Source: Candidatus Muproteobacteria bacterium (lineage in GTDB: Bacteria; Pseudomonadota; Gammaproteobacteria; Acidiferrobacterales; SPGG2). From it: a stretch of 64,000 nt of DNA. A model generated the notes under the pieces. It saw only the letters and a list, made by a program, of their open reading frames with translations. It was not told where the DNA came from and ran no database searches. Of this stretch, positions 55,522 to 64,000 are shown in pieces. The stretch spans positions 8,593-72,592 of the forward strand of contig QKEI01000055.1 of assembly GCA_003251795.1 (NCBI GenBank), written 5' to 3'. Position 1 is the first letter of the stretch, and each line of letters opens with the position of its first letter. The translations under genes were made by a program, and so were the position numbers.

Positions 55522-56412
55522 ATGAACGAGAAGCAGCTGATCAACTTCAAGCAATTACGGTGCTTTCACGCCGTGGCACAAGAAGGTAGTTTCACCCAGG
55601 CAGCGCGCTCCCTGTCGGTGGGGCAGCCGAGCATCACGACGCACGTGAGGGCTTTGGAAAACCACTTCGGCGTCGAGTTGTTTTGTCGTCACGGCCACAG
55701 CGTCGAGCTCACGGACCTCGGACGTTGGTTACTGGAGATCACAAAACGCATCTTCACCCTGGAAAAAGAGGCGGCCGAGCTGTTGCTTGCTGCTAGCGGG
55801 CTCAAAATCGGTCATCTGAAGATCGGCGTGATCGGGCCGTTTCAGGTGACGCAAATGATCGTTGCCTTCAACCAGAGATACCCGGACGTGGAGTTGTCTG
55901 TCTCCATCGGTAATTCTCAGGAGATCCTCGAAAGCTTACTCGACTTCAGTGCCGATGTGGCAGTGTTGGCGCAGTTCGAGGATGACCCGCGATTTTTTTC
56001 CGTGCCATATAGTCGTAACCGCGTGATTGTGGTTGTGAGCTCAACCCATCCCTGGAGCTCGCGTGGCGATATACAGTTGCAGGAGCTCGATGGTCAACGC
56101 ATGGTTTTTCGTGAGCAAGGCTCAGCAACCCGGCGCGCCTTCGAAAAGGCGCTGGCGCTCGCCAAGGTCAACGTGCGCAAGGTGCTGGAGATCGAGAGTC
56201 GCGAGGCCGTACGTGAGCTTGTGGCAAATGGTGTCGGCATCGGCATCGCTCTGGAGGATGAGTTTGTCCCGCACAAGCGCTTGCACCCTCTGCAAATTGC
56301 CGACGCCGAGGTTTACATACACCCTCACGTGGTATGCCTGCTGGAACGCCGTAATGCGCCGTTGATCCAGGCCTTTCTCACAGTGGTCAAAGATCTGTTG
56401 CAGGCACGCTGA
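55522..56412 (+). CDS. LysR-family transcriptional regulator
   Basis: HTH LRCFHAVAQEGSFTQAARSLSVGQPSITTHV. It is divergent from the reductase-phnZ unit and upstream of the Rieske oxygenase. Confidence 0.85.
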   Translation: MNEKQLINFKQLRCFHAVAQEGSFTQAARSLSVGQPSITTHVRALENHFGVELFCRHGHSVELTDLGRWLLEITKRIFTLEKEAAELLLAASGLKIGHLKIGVIGPFQVTQMIVAFNQRYPDVELSVSIGNSQEILESLLDFSADVAVLAQFEDDPRFFSVPYSRNRVIVVVSSTHPWSSRGDIQLQELDGQRMVFREQGSATRRAFEKALALAKVNVRKVLEIESREAVRELVANGVGIGIALEDEFVPHKRLHPLQIADAEVYIHPHVVCLLERRNAPLIQAFLTVVKDLLQAR

Positions 56413-56569
56413 GCTCGACACGAGGTAAGCGCGTAGCCGCCGCTCGCATTACCTAATCTAATGAGCTCAATACGATAAATGAATTGGACAAGGCTTTGCT
56501 TTTGAGAGATTTTGCTCAGACGTGCCCGCAGTGGGCGAACCTTGGTTCGGAACCTCACGGAGACAGTCG

Positions 56570-58087
56570 ATGGATGTGAAGGCAAAAAAGCTCGATAGGA
56601 GCGGGGCACCGGCGACCCAGCGTAAGTTTGTGCCCTATGGTGGCTATTACAGCAACCAGGTACCGACCTACGACCCCGAGATCACGGAAACCGGGCCGGG
56701 CACACCGACCGGTGAGTACATGCGCCGCTTCTGGCACCCCGTGTGTCTGTCCGAGGAGCTGACCGACGTACCGCGCTACATCAAAATCATGGGTGAGGAG
56801 CTGGTCGCTTTTCGCGATAAGAGTGGTCGCGTGGGCGTGATGCACCTACACTGCCCACACCGCGGCGCGTCGCTCGAGTACGGCATGATCCAGGAAAGAG
56901 GCATCATGTGTTCGTACCACGGTTTTGTTTTTGACGTAGACGGTAGCTGCCTCGAGGTGCCGTTCCCCAAGGGCGAGGAGAAGGAAGGGGAAAAAGCCAA
57001 AGAGAAGATTTGTCAGGGAGCGTACAAGGCTTTTGAACGCCACGGTCTGGTGTTCGCCTATATGGGTCCGCCGGAAGAAGAGCCCCCGTTTCCCGATTGG
57101 GAGGGCGGTTTCACCGTTTATCCTGGTGACGAGCCGGTCGCATATAGCAACTTCCAGACTTGTAACTGGTTGCAAGTGCAGGACAACTCCGCCGACCAGT
57201 ACCACCACATCCCGCTGCACACCACCGCCGTCATTCCAGGGCACGAGCAAGGGACGACCTTCGGCGAGGCCGGGGCCGCACCCTATCTGGTGCGACCGGA
57301 TCTGCAGTTTTTCACCGTTCATGAGGGGCGAGGCGTGGCGTGGACTTCGTCGCGTCGCGTCGATGAAAGCAAGATCTTCATTCGCGTCAATCATCAGATC
57401 CTGCCGAACATTAGCTTCCACTCATATCTGTTCGAGGACGGTGCCAAAGCGAAGCACTTCAGCCGCATCCACATGATGCGTTGGACGGTGCCGGTGGATG
57501 ATGAGAACAGCAAGATGATCGGCTGGCGCGTCTTCGGCCCGCACATCGACCCACGTAATGTGGGCAAGCGCGAATATGTCGGCTACGAGAAGATGGATTT
57601 TCTCGAAGGTCAGACCGGTATGCGCCGCCCCGAGCGCATGAAGTACGGCGCGGGCGAGTTGCCACCGGTGCCCAAGGACCACCGTGATCGTACCTGGTAC
57701 AAGGAGGGACAGTACGCACCCGGGGATTACGAAGTGGTCTGCAGCCAGCGCCGGATTGCCGTGCACGCGCTGGAGAACCCGATGAAGTTCGATGGGGGGG
57801 TCTATCTATTTCGCAAGCTGCTGCGTGACGCCATACGCGGTAAGAATCCGGCCGCTTCGCCCGAGGCCTGGCGCCGCTGGCTACAGCAAGGCATGCCCAA
57901 CAGCTACTGCTCGGGCAACGTGCTGGCGATTGCGCAGGCGCCGACGCCGGAGGAAGAGGTGCAGAAACGGCGTCGCGTCGCGCAACAGGTGATCGAAGCC
58001 ACCACCGCGAGCGACAAGCTCAAGGGTGACGAGCGAGACCGTTTTATGAAGCAAAAGCTTGCCGAGCTCGAGCACAGCATGGGCTAA
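56570..58087 (+). CDS. Rieske non-haem-iron oxygenase alpha subunit (class IA-type, large ~505 aa)
   Basis: Rieske CPHRGASL...CSYHGF and the mononuclear-Fe motif DNSADQYHHIPLH (D-x2-H-x4-H). No beta-subunit gene is present. Confidence 0.85.
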   Translation: MDVKAKKLDRSGAPATQRKFVPYGGYYSNQVPTYDPEITETGPGTPTGEYMRRFWHPVCLSEELTDVPRYIKIMGEELVAFRDKSGRVGVMHLHCPHRGASLEYGMIQERGIMCSYHGFVFDVDGSCLEVPFPKGEEKEGEKAKEKICQGAYKAFERHGLVFAYMGPPEEEPPFPDWEGGFTVYPGDEPVAYSNFQTCNWLQVQDNSADQYHHIPLHTTAVIPGHEQGTTFGEAGAAPYLVRPDLQFFTVHEGRGVAWTSSRRVDESKIFIRVNHQILPNISFHSYLFEDGAKAKHFSRIHMMRWTVPVDDENSKMIGWRVFGPHIDPRNVGKREYVGYEKMDFLEGQTGMRRPERMKYGAGELPPVPKDHRDRTWYKEGQYAPGDYEVVCSQRRIAVHALENPMKFDGGVYLFRKLLRDAIRGKNPAASPEAWRRWLQQGMPNSYCSGNVLAIAQAPTPEEEVQKRRRVAQQVIEATTASDKLKGDERDRFMKQKLAELEHSMG

Positions 58088-58304
58088 CGCCCACGCCTCT
58101 CGGCGAATTGTGGTATTCTGCAATACGCCGCGCGGCTGGGCCCTGCCAAGGGAAGCCCGGACAAACTAGCGGAACCGCGGGCAAAGAAACACAAGCAACC
58201 CAGGTTCCATCTGCACGACAACAATGTCCCGCGAGCGGCCCAACGAACGGCTTAGCAAGGTCGCTGCGCGATGATCGTGCGTGCCCCCTGATGTTAGCGG
58301 TCCC

Positions 58305-59174
58305 ATGGATCTGATTGTTGCCGTACTCGTTCTAAGCTCGGCGGCGCTGCATCCACTGCGTGAGTTTTGGATCAAGGACGATATTTACCCCGAAGGCCTT
58401 ACGTTCGCGGTCATCATTCAATTCGGGCTGTACGCGGCGCTCCATAGCCTAGTCCTCGGTGTCGATCCGACGACCGCGCTGGCGGTGTGGCCGCTGGTGC
58501 TGCTGTCCGCGTTCGGGCTGTTCCTGTACTTTTTTAGCGTAGTGGCGACGCTGCGGCACGGCGATTTCTCGATCTACTACCCAATCATGCGTTCCTCCCC
58601 GCTGTACGTGGTCGTAGTCAGCGCGCTGCTCTTGGGCGAAAGCTATTCTGTCAGCATGCTCGCGGGTATCGCGTTGGTGCTGCTAGCCGCATTCTTCCTC
58701 CAGTACCGACGCGGCGCCCGGTTGCTCGCCGATCCGCGTACCTTGGCGATGGCGGTGCTCGCCATGGTTGGTCATGGCACGCTCACCGTAGCCGACGCAC
58801 AGGCCATGCGCAGCGTCGAGCCCATGGCCTTCCTGCTGTTGCTGTATCTCTTGTTTACCCCCTGCAGCGCAGTGTTTTTTACGGTGATGCGCCCGCGAGG
58901 ACGCCCACCACTACAGCACCTTTTTGCCGGTTGGCGCATCACCCCAGTGCGCTATTTTCTCGCCGGGATTACGTCCTACGTGTCGTACTACCTAATCCTC
59001 ACAGCCTTTCAGTTGGGAGGGAATGTCGCGGCCGTCAGCGCCGTGCGCCAGGTATCGATCCCGCTGTCGGTAGTGCTCGGCGGCATGTACCTGAAGGAAG
59101 CGAGCATGATGGTGCGGCTGGCATGGTCGATGGTGCTAGCCTTGGGTGTTGTCATTATCTTCTTCTCGCGCTAG
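58305..59174 (+). CDS. DMT-superfamily (EamA-like) transporter
   Basis: A ten-TM-like hydrophobic profile with an internally duplicated architecture. Confidence 0.7.
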   Translation: MDLIVAVLVLSSAALHPLREFWIKDDIYPEGLTFAVIIQFGLYAALHSLVLGVDPTTALAVWPLVLLSAFGLFLYFFSVVATLRHGDFSIYYPIMRSSPLYVVVVSALLLGESYSVSMLAGIALVLLAAFFLQYRRGARLLADPRTLAMAVLAMVGHGTLTVADAQAMRSVEPMAFLLLLYLLFTPCSAVFFTVMRPRGRPPLQHLFAGWRITPVRYFLAGITSYVSYYLILTAFQLGGNVAAVSAVRQVSIPLSVVLGGMYLKEASMMVRLAWSMVLALGVVIIFFSR

Positions 59175-59393
59175 CCCGCGGCCGCAACGTTGAACCTAGC
59201 CTCCTGCTGGAAAGGCCGCTGTCGGCCGTATGAGTTCGCGCTCATATGGCGCATGAGTAGGTTTCGTTTGACCGTTCATCCCGATCCGAGTTATCTGTCT
59301 TGGCTAAGAAGGTTAGCTTGCCTTTTATGTCCGCGACGGTGCGCGCGGGCACGTACATGAACCAACTCCTGAATCAGACACGAGGATAGGGCG

Positions 59394-60347
59394 ATGCCAG
59401 CGCTAAAAGTTTCGATCGTTACCAACGCCAAAGAGGACACGGCCCGTTATACCGACGGCATATTTCCCGCTGGTTGCGAGGTATTGTTACAAACGGAGCA
59501 AGAGCTCTACGAACAGATCGGCGATATCGATATCCTGATTCCCGGCCACATCAGCGTGGGTAAGGATCTGATCGAACGCGCGGCCAAGCTCAAGCTCATC
59601 CATTGCGGCACCGGTTATAACAACGTGGATCTGGACGCGGCCAGTCAGCGCGGTGCCTACGTGGCGGTCACCCCGAACGTGGCGGCGCAGTCCGTCGCCG
59701 AGCTCGTGTTTGCCTCCATTCTGACGTTGGCCAAGAAGATCCACACATTTGACGCCACCATGAAGAGCGGCGGCTGGAAGAGCACCGATTTTATCGATGT
59801 GCCCGAGCTCAAGGGCAAGACCATGGGGATCATTGGTTACGGCAACATCGGCAAGGCCGCCGCGCGCATTGCCCGCGGCTTTCAGATGAAGTTGCTGGCG
59901 CACGATCCCAACATCAAAGTGGACGAGTCGGACGTCAAGCAGGTTGGACTCGATCAGCTGTTGCGGGACTCCGATTTCATTACCTTGCACGTGTTATTGA
60001 ATGCCGACACAAAGCACATGATGAGCGAGAAGCAACTTGGCATGATGAAGCCCAAGGCGATCCTCGTTAATGCCTCGCGCGGCCCGGTGGTCGATGAAAC
60101 GGCCTTGATCGCGGCGTTGAAGCAACGCAAGATCGGCGGCGCCTGCCTCGACGTATTCGAAAAGGAGCCGCTCGCTAAGGACAGCGAGTTGCGCAAGCTC
60201 GACAATATCCTGCTGACGCCGCACATCGCCTATTGCGCCAACGAGGCGCTGGCCGGTCGCTATCAATTCTTCGCCGACAACTGCAAGCTTGTAGCCAACG
60301 GTAGCGCGCCGAAGATGGCGGTAAACGCAGATAAGGTGAAGCGCTGA
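59394..60347 (+). CDS. D-isomer-specific 2-hydroxyacid dehydrogenase
   Basis: GIIGYGNIGKAAA NAD motif, NASRG, the DVFE.EP pattern and LTPHIA. Confidence 0.85.
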   Translation: MPALKVSIVTNAKEDTARYTDGIFPAGCEVLLQTEQELYEQIGDIDILIPGHISVGKDLIERAAKLKLIHCGTGYNNVDLDAASQRGAYVAVTPNVAAQSVAELVFASILTLAKKIHTFDATMKSGGWKSTDFIDVPELKGKTMGIIGYGNIGKAAARIARGFQMKLLAHDPNIKVDESDVKQVGLDQLLRDSDFITLHVLLNADTKHMMSEKQLGMMKPKAILVNASRGPVVDETALIAALKQRKIGGACLDVFEKEPLAKDSELRKLDNILLTPHIAYCANEALAGRYQFFADNCKLVANGSAPKMAVNADKVKR

Positions 60348-60399
60348 TCGACGATCCGGTCGGTTCAGAGTACTACAGATAGATAAAGAAGGAGGGCAT

Positions 60400-61830
60400 A
60401 TGCATGCCGTAACCAAACCCGAAGTCGAACACATGCAGTGCTTCGTGGCGGGCGAATGGATCGACTCGAAAGAACGCCTGGAAGTTTATAACCCGTACAC
60501 CAAGCAGCTGGTCGGTACCGTACCGATCCTAACTGCGCAACAGGTGCAACAGGCGGTCGATGCGCTAGCCGCCTACCAGCCGAAACTGTCGGCGCATCAA
60601 AGATCGGAAATACTGGCCAAGGCCGCCGCAGAGATCAAGGCGCATAAGGATAAGCTGGCCATGGGGATTTCCATGGAGTCGGGCATGTCGCTCGCAAACG
60701 CCCAGACCGAGGTGTCGCGCAGCGTCGGTCTCATGCTAACGGCGTCGGAGGAGGCCAAGCGTATCATGGGTGAGCAGCTCCCGAGTGACACCGATTCTGC
60801 TGGGCGTGACAAGATTATCCTGGGCATGCGTTTCCCGGTCGGTGTGGTGACCGCCATCGTGCCGTTTAATCGGCCGCTGAATCAGGTGGTGGTCAAGGTC
60901 GCGCCCTCATTCGCCGCCGGCAATAAGACCATCATCAAGCCAACGGAAAAAGCGCCGCTATCGGCATTCCGATACGTCAAGATCCTGTTGAACAGCGGCA
61001 TGCCACCGGAGATGATTAGCATCGTCAGCGGGCGACCAAGCGAGATCGGTGAGGTGCTCGTCGGCAGCAAGAACGTCGATATGGTGACGTTTACCGGTAG
61101 CACCGCCACCGGCCGCCGACTCGCCAACATGGCTGGCATCAAAAAGCTTACCATCGAGGCTGGGGGCAACGATCCGCTTATCCTCTGCGAGGATGGCGAC
61201 ATCGATAAAGCAGTCAGTCTGGCGGTCGCTGGGGCTTTCGGCAATGCCGGCCAGTCGTGTCGCGGCATCAAGCGCATCCTGGCGATGGAATCGGTGGCTG
61301 ATGAGTTCGCGAGCAAGTTCACCAAGAAAGTGAAGGCGATGAAATGCGGCGATCCGTTCGATCCTGAGACCGAGATCGGCACGCTGATCGACGAGGAAGC
61401 GGCGATGCGCGTGGAGGCCGCGGTCAACGCAGCGGTCAAGCAAGGCGCCAAGGTGTTATGTGGCCACAAGCGCGAGGGCGCGCTTTATCCGCCGACGGTA
61501 GTCGATTTTGTTCCGCCGGATGCGGACATGGTGGTCAATGAGTGCTTCGGTCCGACGGCGCCGATCGTGCGGGTCAAGAACCTGCAGCAAGCGGTGGAGA
61601 TCGCTAACTCGACGGACTACGGACTGCAGTCGGGTGTGATGACCAAGAATCTCGATAACATTCGTTACTGCATCAATCATCTGAAAGTCGGCGCGGTCAA
61701 CATCAACGAGGGCCCCCAGTTTGATATGCCGAACATCCCATTCGGTGGCGTCAAGCAGAGCGGTATCGGGCGCGAGGGCATCCGCTACGCCATCCAGGAG
61801 ATGACTTACGTCAAGACCGTCGTGATGTAG
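60400..61830 (+). CDS. NAD(P)+ aldehyde dehydrogenase (candidate phosphonoacetaldehyde dehydrogenase by context)
   Basis: ALDH motifs FTGST.TG, EAGGNDP, catalytic Cys in GQSCRG and the PFGG.K.SG pattern. The functional guess rests only on adjacency to the PhnA-like gene. Confidence 0.8.
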   Translation: MHAVTKPEVEHMQCFVAGEWIDSKERLEVYNPYTKQLVGTVPILTAQQVQQAVDALAAYQPKLSAHQRSEILAKAAAEIKAHKDKLAMGISMESGMSLANAQTEVSRSVGLMLTASEEAKRIMGEQLPSDTDSAGRDKIILGMRFPVGVVTAIVPFNRPLNQVVVKVAPSFAAGNKTIIKPTEKAPLSAFRYVKILLNSGMPPEMISIVSGRPSEIGEVLVGSKNVDMVTFTGSTATGRRLANMAGIKKLTIEAGGNDPLILCEDGDIDKAVSLAVAGAFGNAGQSCRGIKRILAMESVADEFASKFTKKVKAMKCGDPFDPETEIGTLIDEEAAMRVEAAVNAAVKQGAKVLCGHKREGALYPPTVVDFVPPDADMVVNECFGPTAPIVRVKNLQQAVEIANSTDYGLQSGVMTKNLDNIRYCINHLKVGAVNINEGPQFDMPNIPFGGVKQSGIGREGIRYAIQEMTYVKTVVM

Positions 61831-61856
61831 CAGATTACAAGCCTCCGTGGTTGGGT

Positions 61857-61885
61857 GCCGGGTCAGACGACCCGGCGCGTTTTTT
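61857..61885 (+). terminator. Rho-independent terminator
   Basis: GCCGGGTC-AGAC-GACCCGGC stem-loop followed by GCGTTTTTT, 27 nt after the ALDH stop. Confidence 0.7.
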
Positions 61886-61940
61886 CGTGTTGGCATATGG
61901 CAAGCAGCAACGATCGCAGCAATCGAGGAAAGTGCCCAGT

Positions 61941-63080
61941 ATGAGCAAGAAGCGCAAGATCCTGATCGTCATGATGGATGGCTTTGACCCGGCCTACCTG
62001 CAGGCCAGTGATATGCCCAACACCAAGCAAATGATCGCCCGGGGTTTCTACAAGACCGTAAAAGGTGTGATGCCGAGCGTCACCAACGTCAATAACACCG
62101 GCATCTGCTGCGGCGGTCCACCGAAGCTACATGGTATTACCGCCAACTCCTATTTCGATCTGCAAACCCGCAAGGAAGAGTACATGGACAAGGCGGCGAT
62201 GGTGCTGGCGCCGACGGTATTCGAGCGTGCGGACAAGGTCGGTCTCAAATCGGCGTTGATGACCGCCAAGAAGAAGACTCAGTCACTATTACGTACCGGC
62301 GCCAGCATACGTCTGGCAGCAGAAGCGCCGCAGGAAGCGGAGGGCGGTCAGATCGATTGGGTCGCTCGCCTGGGTCCGGCGCCGGATATCTACTCGCCCG
62401 AGATCAATCACTGGTTATTCCGTGCCACCCAGATTGTGCTCAACGAGACCGACACCGATCTCGCCTACTTTCACACCACCGACTACCCGATGCATATGGA
62501 GCCGCCGTGGGGCGAAATGTCGCAGTTCCATTTGAGCGAATGGGATCGTTTGCTCGGCGAGACCTTGAACGAGCATACCGATCTCGAGGTCTATATGTCG
62601 GCCGATCACGGCATGAACTTCAAGTCGCTGTGCTACGACCTAAATAAGGTGTTACCGAAACGCGGTGTCGAGATCTTCTTCGCCATGTCGGCAGAGCGCG
62701 ATCCCTACGTCAAGCATCACCGTACCTACGGCGGCACGGCCTTCGTCTGGCTCAAGGAACCGGGTGACTTCGAACGGGTCGCAGACGCTTGTCGTCGGCT
62801 CGAGGGTGTGGAGGCTGTATACGACCGCTATACGGCTGCCGCAAGATTCGAGTTGCATCCCGATCGCATCGGCGACATGCTCGTTACCGGCGACATCAAC
62901 ACGGTGTTTGGGCCGGTGGATAAAGACGAAGGAATCGAGCAGTTGCCGCAGGGCTTCCGCACCCATGGCGGTAGCGACGAGGCCAACGTGCCGCTCATCG
63001 TCTATAACCGCGAAGTCGACCCGCGCAACTGGCACGGTTACCGTATGAACTACGACCTCATCAAGTCCATCGGTTTCTAA
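61941..63080 (+). CDS. phnA: Alkaline-phosphatase-superfamily phosphonoacetate hydrolase (PhnA)-like enzyme
   Basis: MDGFDP..., PSVTNVNNTGICCGGPPKLHGITANSYFD parallels the PhnA nucleophile region as I recall it, plus the SADHGM metal site. The ATG at 61941 has GAGGA upstream. Confidence 0.7.
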   Translation: MSKKRKILIVMMDGFDPAYLQASDMPNTKQMIARGFYKTVKGVMPSVTNVNNTGICCGGPPKLHGITANSYFDLQTRKEEYMDKAAMVLAPTVFERADKVGLKSALMTAKKKTQSLLRTGASIRLAAEAPQEAEGGQIDWVARLGPAPDIYSPEINHWLFRATQIVLNETDTDLAYFHTTDYPMHMEPPWGEMSQFHLSEWDRLLGETLNEHTDLEVYMSADHGMNFKSLCYDLNKVLPKRGVEIFFAMSAERDPYVKHHRTYGGTAFVWLKEPGDFERVADACRRLEGVEAVYDRYTAAARFELHPDRIGDMLVTGDINTVFGPVDKDEGIEQLPQGFRTHGGSDEANVPLIVYNREVDPRNWHGYRMNYDLIKSIGF

Positions 63081-63336
63081 CGTATTACGCGGGGCGCTCG
63101 CTCGCTTGACGCCCCGTAGCTTATCTGCGACGCTTACTCGCGGTTGTTGAGATTCGGTTCAGACACAACCGCGACGTTAGCCAAAACGCAGTGGGCTCTT
63201 CCAAGACGGCGCCACCGTTCCAGCCCTTCGTGCAAACCAGCCGGTTTTGCCACAATCGGAGACTGTATCGGAGGCCGTTACACGTCCCCCTAACCTTGGT
63301 CATGACAGGCCACAGATGAGGCCTGCACGCAGTGCA

Positions 63337-64000
63337 ATGGAAGCGCAATTGTTACAAATCGGCAGCTTTACTCCGCGACGCATCAGCGTGCGCGTTGATC
63401 CCATGTTGCGTATACACGGCTATAGCGAACCGCGGCGGGTGAAGCCGGCCATTCGCAATGCGGCTGAGACGGTAGCCGCAACGGCGGAACGCGTATTTAC
63501 GCCCGAGGTGTACTATCGGCGTGTGCCGATCAAGAGCTGCACGCATGGGTTACTGTTGCTCGAAACCGGTACCATGTTTCATAGCCTGGCATTCTCACAA
63601 TTCCTTGGCGGCTGCCACCAGGTGATCGTTTTCGTGCTCACGCTCGGCAGCAGGTTCGACCAGGTGGCGCAAAATCTGACGGACAGCGGCCAGACGTTGG
63701 AGGCACTATTTCTCGAGACCGCCGGCTGGCTCGGTGTGGAGGCGGCAACCAAGTCCTTTACCGAGCATCTGCGCGCCGTGCTGCGCAAGCAGGGCTGCGC
63801 TCTTACGCGCCGCTTCGGTCCCGGTTATACCTACCGCTCGCGTGCCGATGATAGCGAGTGGCCGCTGGAGGAACAGAAGTCGCTATTCGCACTGTTCGAA
63901 GGCCAGGCGATTTCGGTCCAATTGTTAGACAGCTGTGCCATGATCCCCAAGATGTCGCGTTCCGGTCTCTACGGTGTGCGGCGCAAGACAGCCGGGCAAT
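63337..64000 (+). CDS. Stand-alone MetH activation-domain-like protein, 3' partial
   Basis: This ORF is not in the supplied track because it runs off the window. My translation gives ...RFGPGYTYRSRADDSEWPLEEQKSLFALFEGQAISVQLLDSCAMIPKMSRSGLYGV, matching the PGY..W...EQ..LF......I.L..S..M.P.KS.SG signature of the B12-dependent methionine synthase activation region. The start is uncertain (ATG 63316 or 63337). Confidence 0.6.
   Translation, partial: MEAQLLQIGSFTPRRISVRVDPMLRIHGYSEPRRVKPAIRNAAETVAATAERVFTPEVYYRRVPIKSCTHGLLLLETGTMFHSLAFSQFLGGCHQVIVFVLTLGSRFDQVAQNLTDSGQTLEALFLETAGWLGVEAATKSFTEHLRAVLRKQGCALTRRFGPGYTYRSRADDSEWPLEEQKSLFALFEGQAISVQLLDSCAMIPKMSRSGLYGVRRKTAGQ

Noticed and set aside
59394-60347. 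The 2-hydroxyacid dehydrogenase considered as phosphite dehydrogenase PtxD, with phnCDE as ptxABC.
   Set aside because: Only generic family motifs are shared. The gene is about 7 kb away from the transporter, on the other strand, and sits in a different apparent operon. No PtxD-specific features could be verified by eye.
63089-63116. A CGGGGCG...CGCCCCG hairpin after the PhnA-like gene, considered as a terminator, plus a 9-bp stem at about 63141-63175.
   Set aside because: The first has a 13-nt loop and no T-tract. The second has a 17-nt loop. Both are weak; they are noted only as possible RNA structure preceding the activation-domain gene.

Overview
GC-rich, densely coding bacterial chromosomal segment with about 66 protein genes. 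Many are translationally coupled (ATGA or TAGTG overlaps). I recognised no rRNA, tRNA, CRISPR array, IS element or phage gene. All product calls come from reading motifs in the supplied translations by eye; no database search was run. Start codons are often ambiguous (GTG/TTG), and I re-picked several using Shine-Dalgarno spacing.

Four themes dominate.

(1) C1 and corrinoid methyl transfer.
- At 3.7-14.6 kb there is a complete three-component corrinoid methyltransferase module: a pterin-binding MT-II, a URO-D-family MT-I, a B12-binding protein and a RACo-type [2Fe-2S]/ASKHA activase. It also carries a His-rich COG0523 GTPase and a GntR regulator. Next to it lie metF, a Zn-type homocysteine S-methyltransferase and a SahR-like ArsR/SAM-MT regulator.
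- At 38.5-41.9 kb there is a second MT-I plus corrinoid protein pair. It is followed by a NarI/DsrM-like cytochrome-b membrane protein instead of an activase.
- At 45.4-47.2 kb there is a second metF coupled to a degenerate Hcy-MT-fold protein.
- A free-standing MetH activation-domain protein sits at the 3' edge.

(2) Arsenic. The window holds aioBA arsenite oxidase with an unusual entourage, two or three ArsR-type regulators, and an ArsR-ArsC fusion.

(3) Phosphonate. The window holds phnCDEE, a PhnZ-family HD oxygenase co-transcribed with a PDR-type reductase and divergent from a Rieske oxygenase, and an aldehyde dehydrogenase plus PhnA-like hydrolase pair.

(4) An orphan cytoplasmic PsrAB-like Mo-bisPGD enzyme sits next to TRAP, thiolase/DUF35 and CoA-ligase genes.

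The best candidates for undescribed biology are:
- the MT-I/corrinoid/membrane cytochrome-b trio;
- the Rieske oxygenase + reductase + PhnZ arrangement, a possible new oxidative C-P cleavage route;
- a perfectly conserved ATATAA-N8-TTATAT operator found at three ArsR-type-associated promoters.
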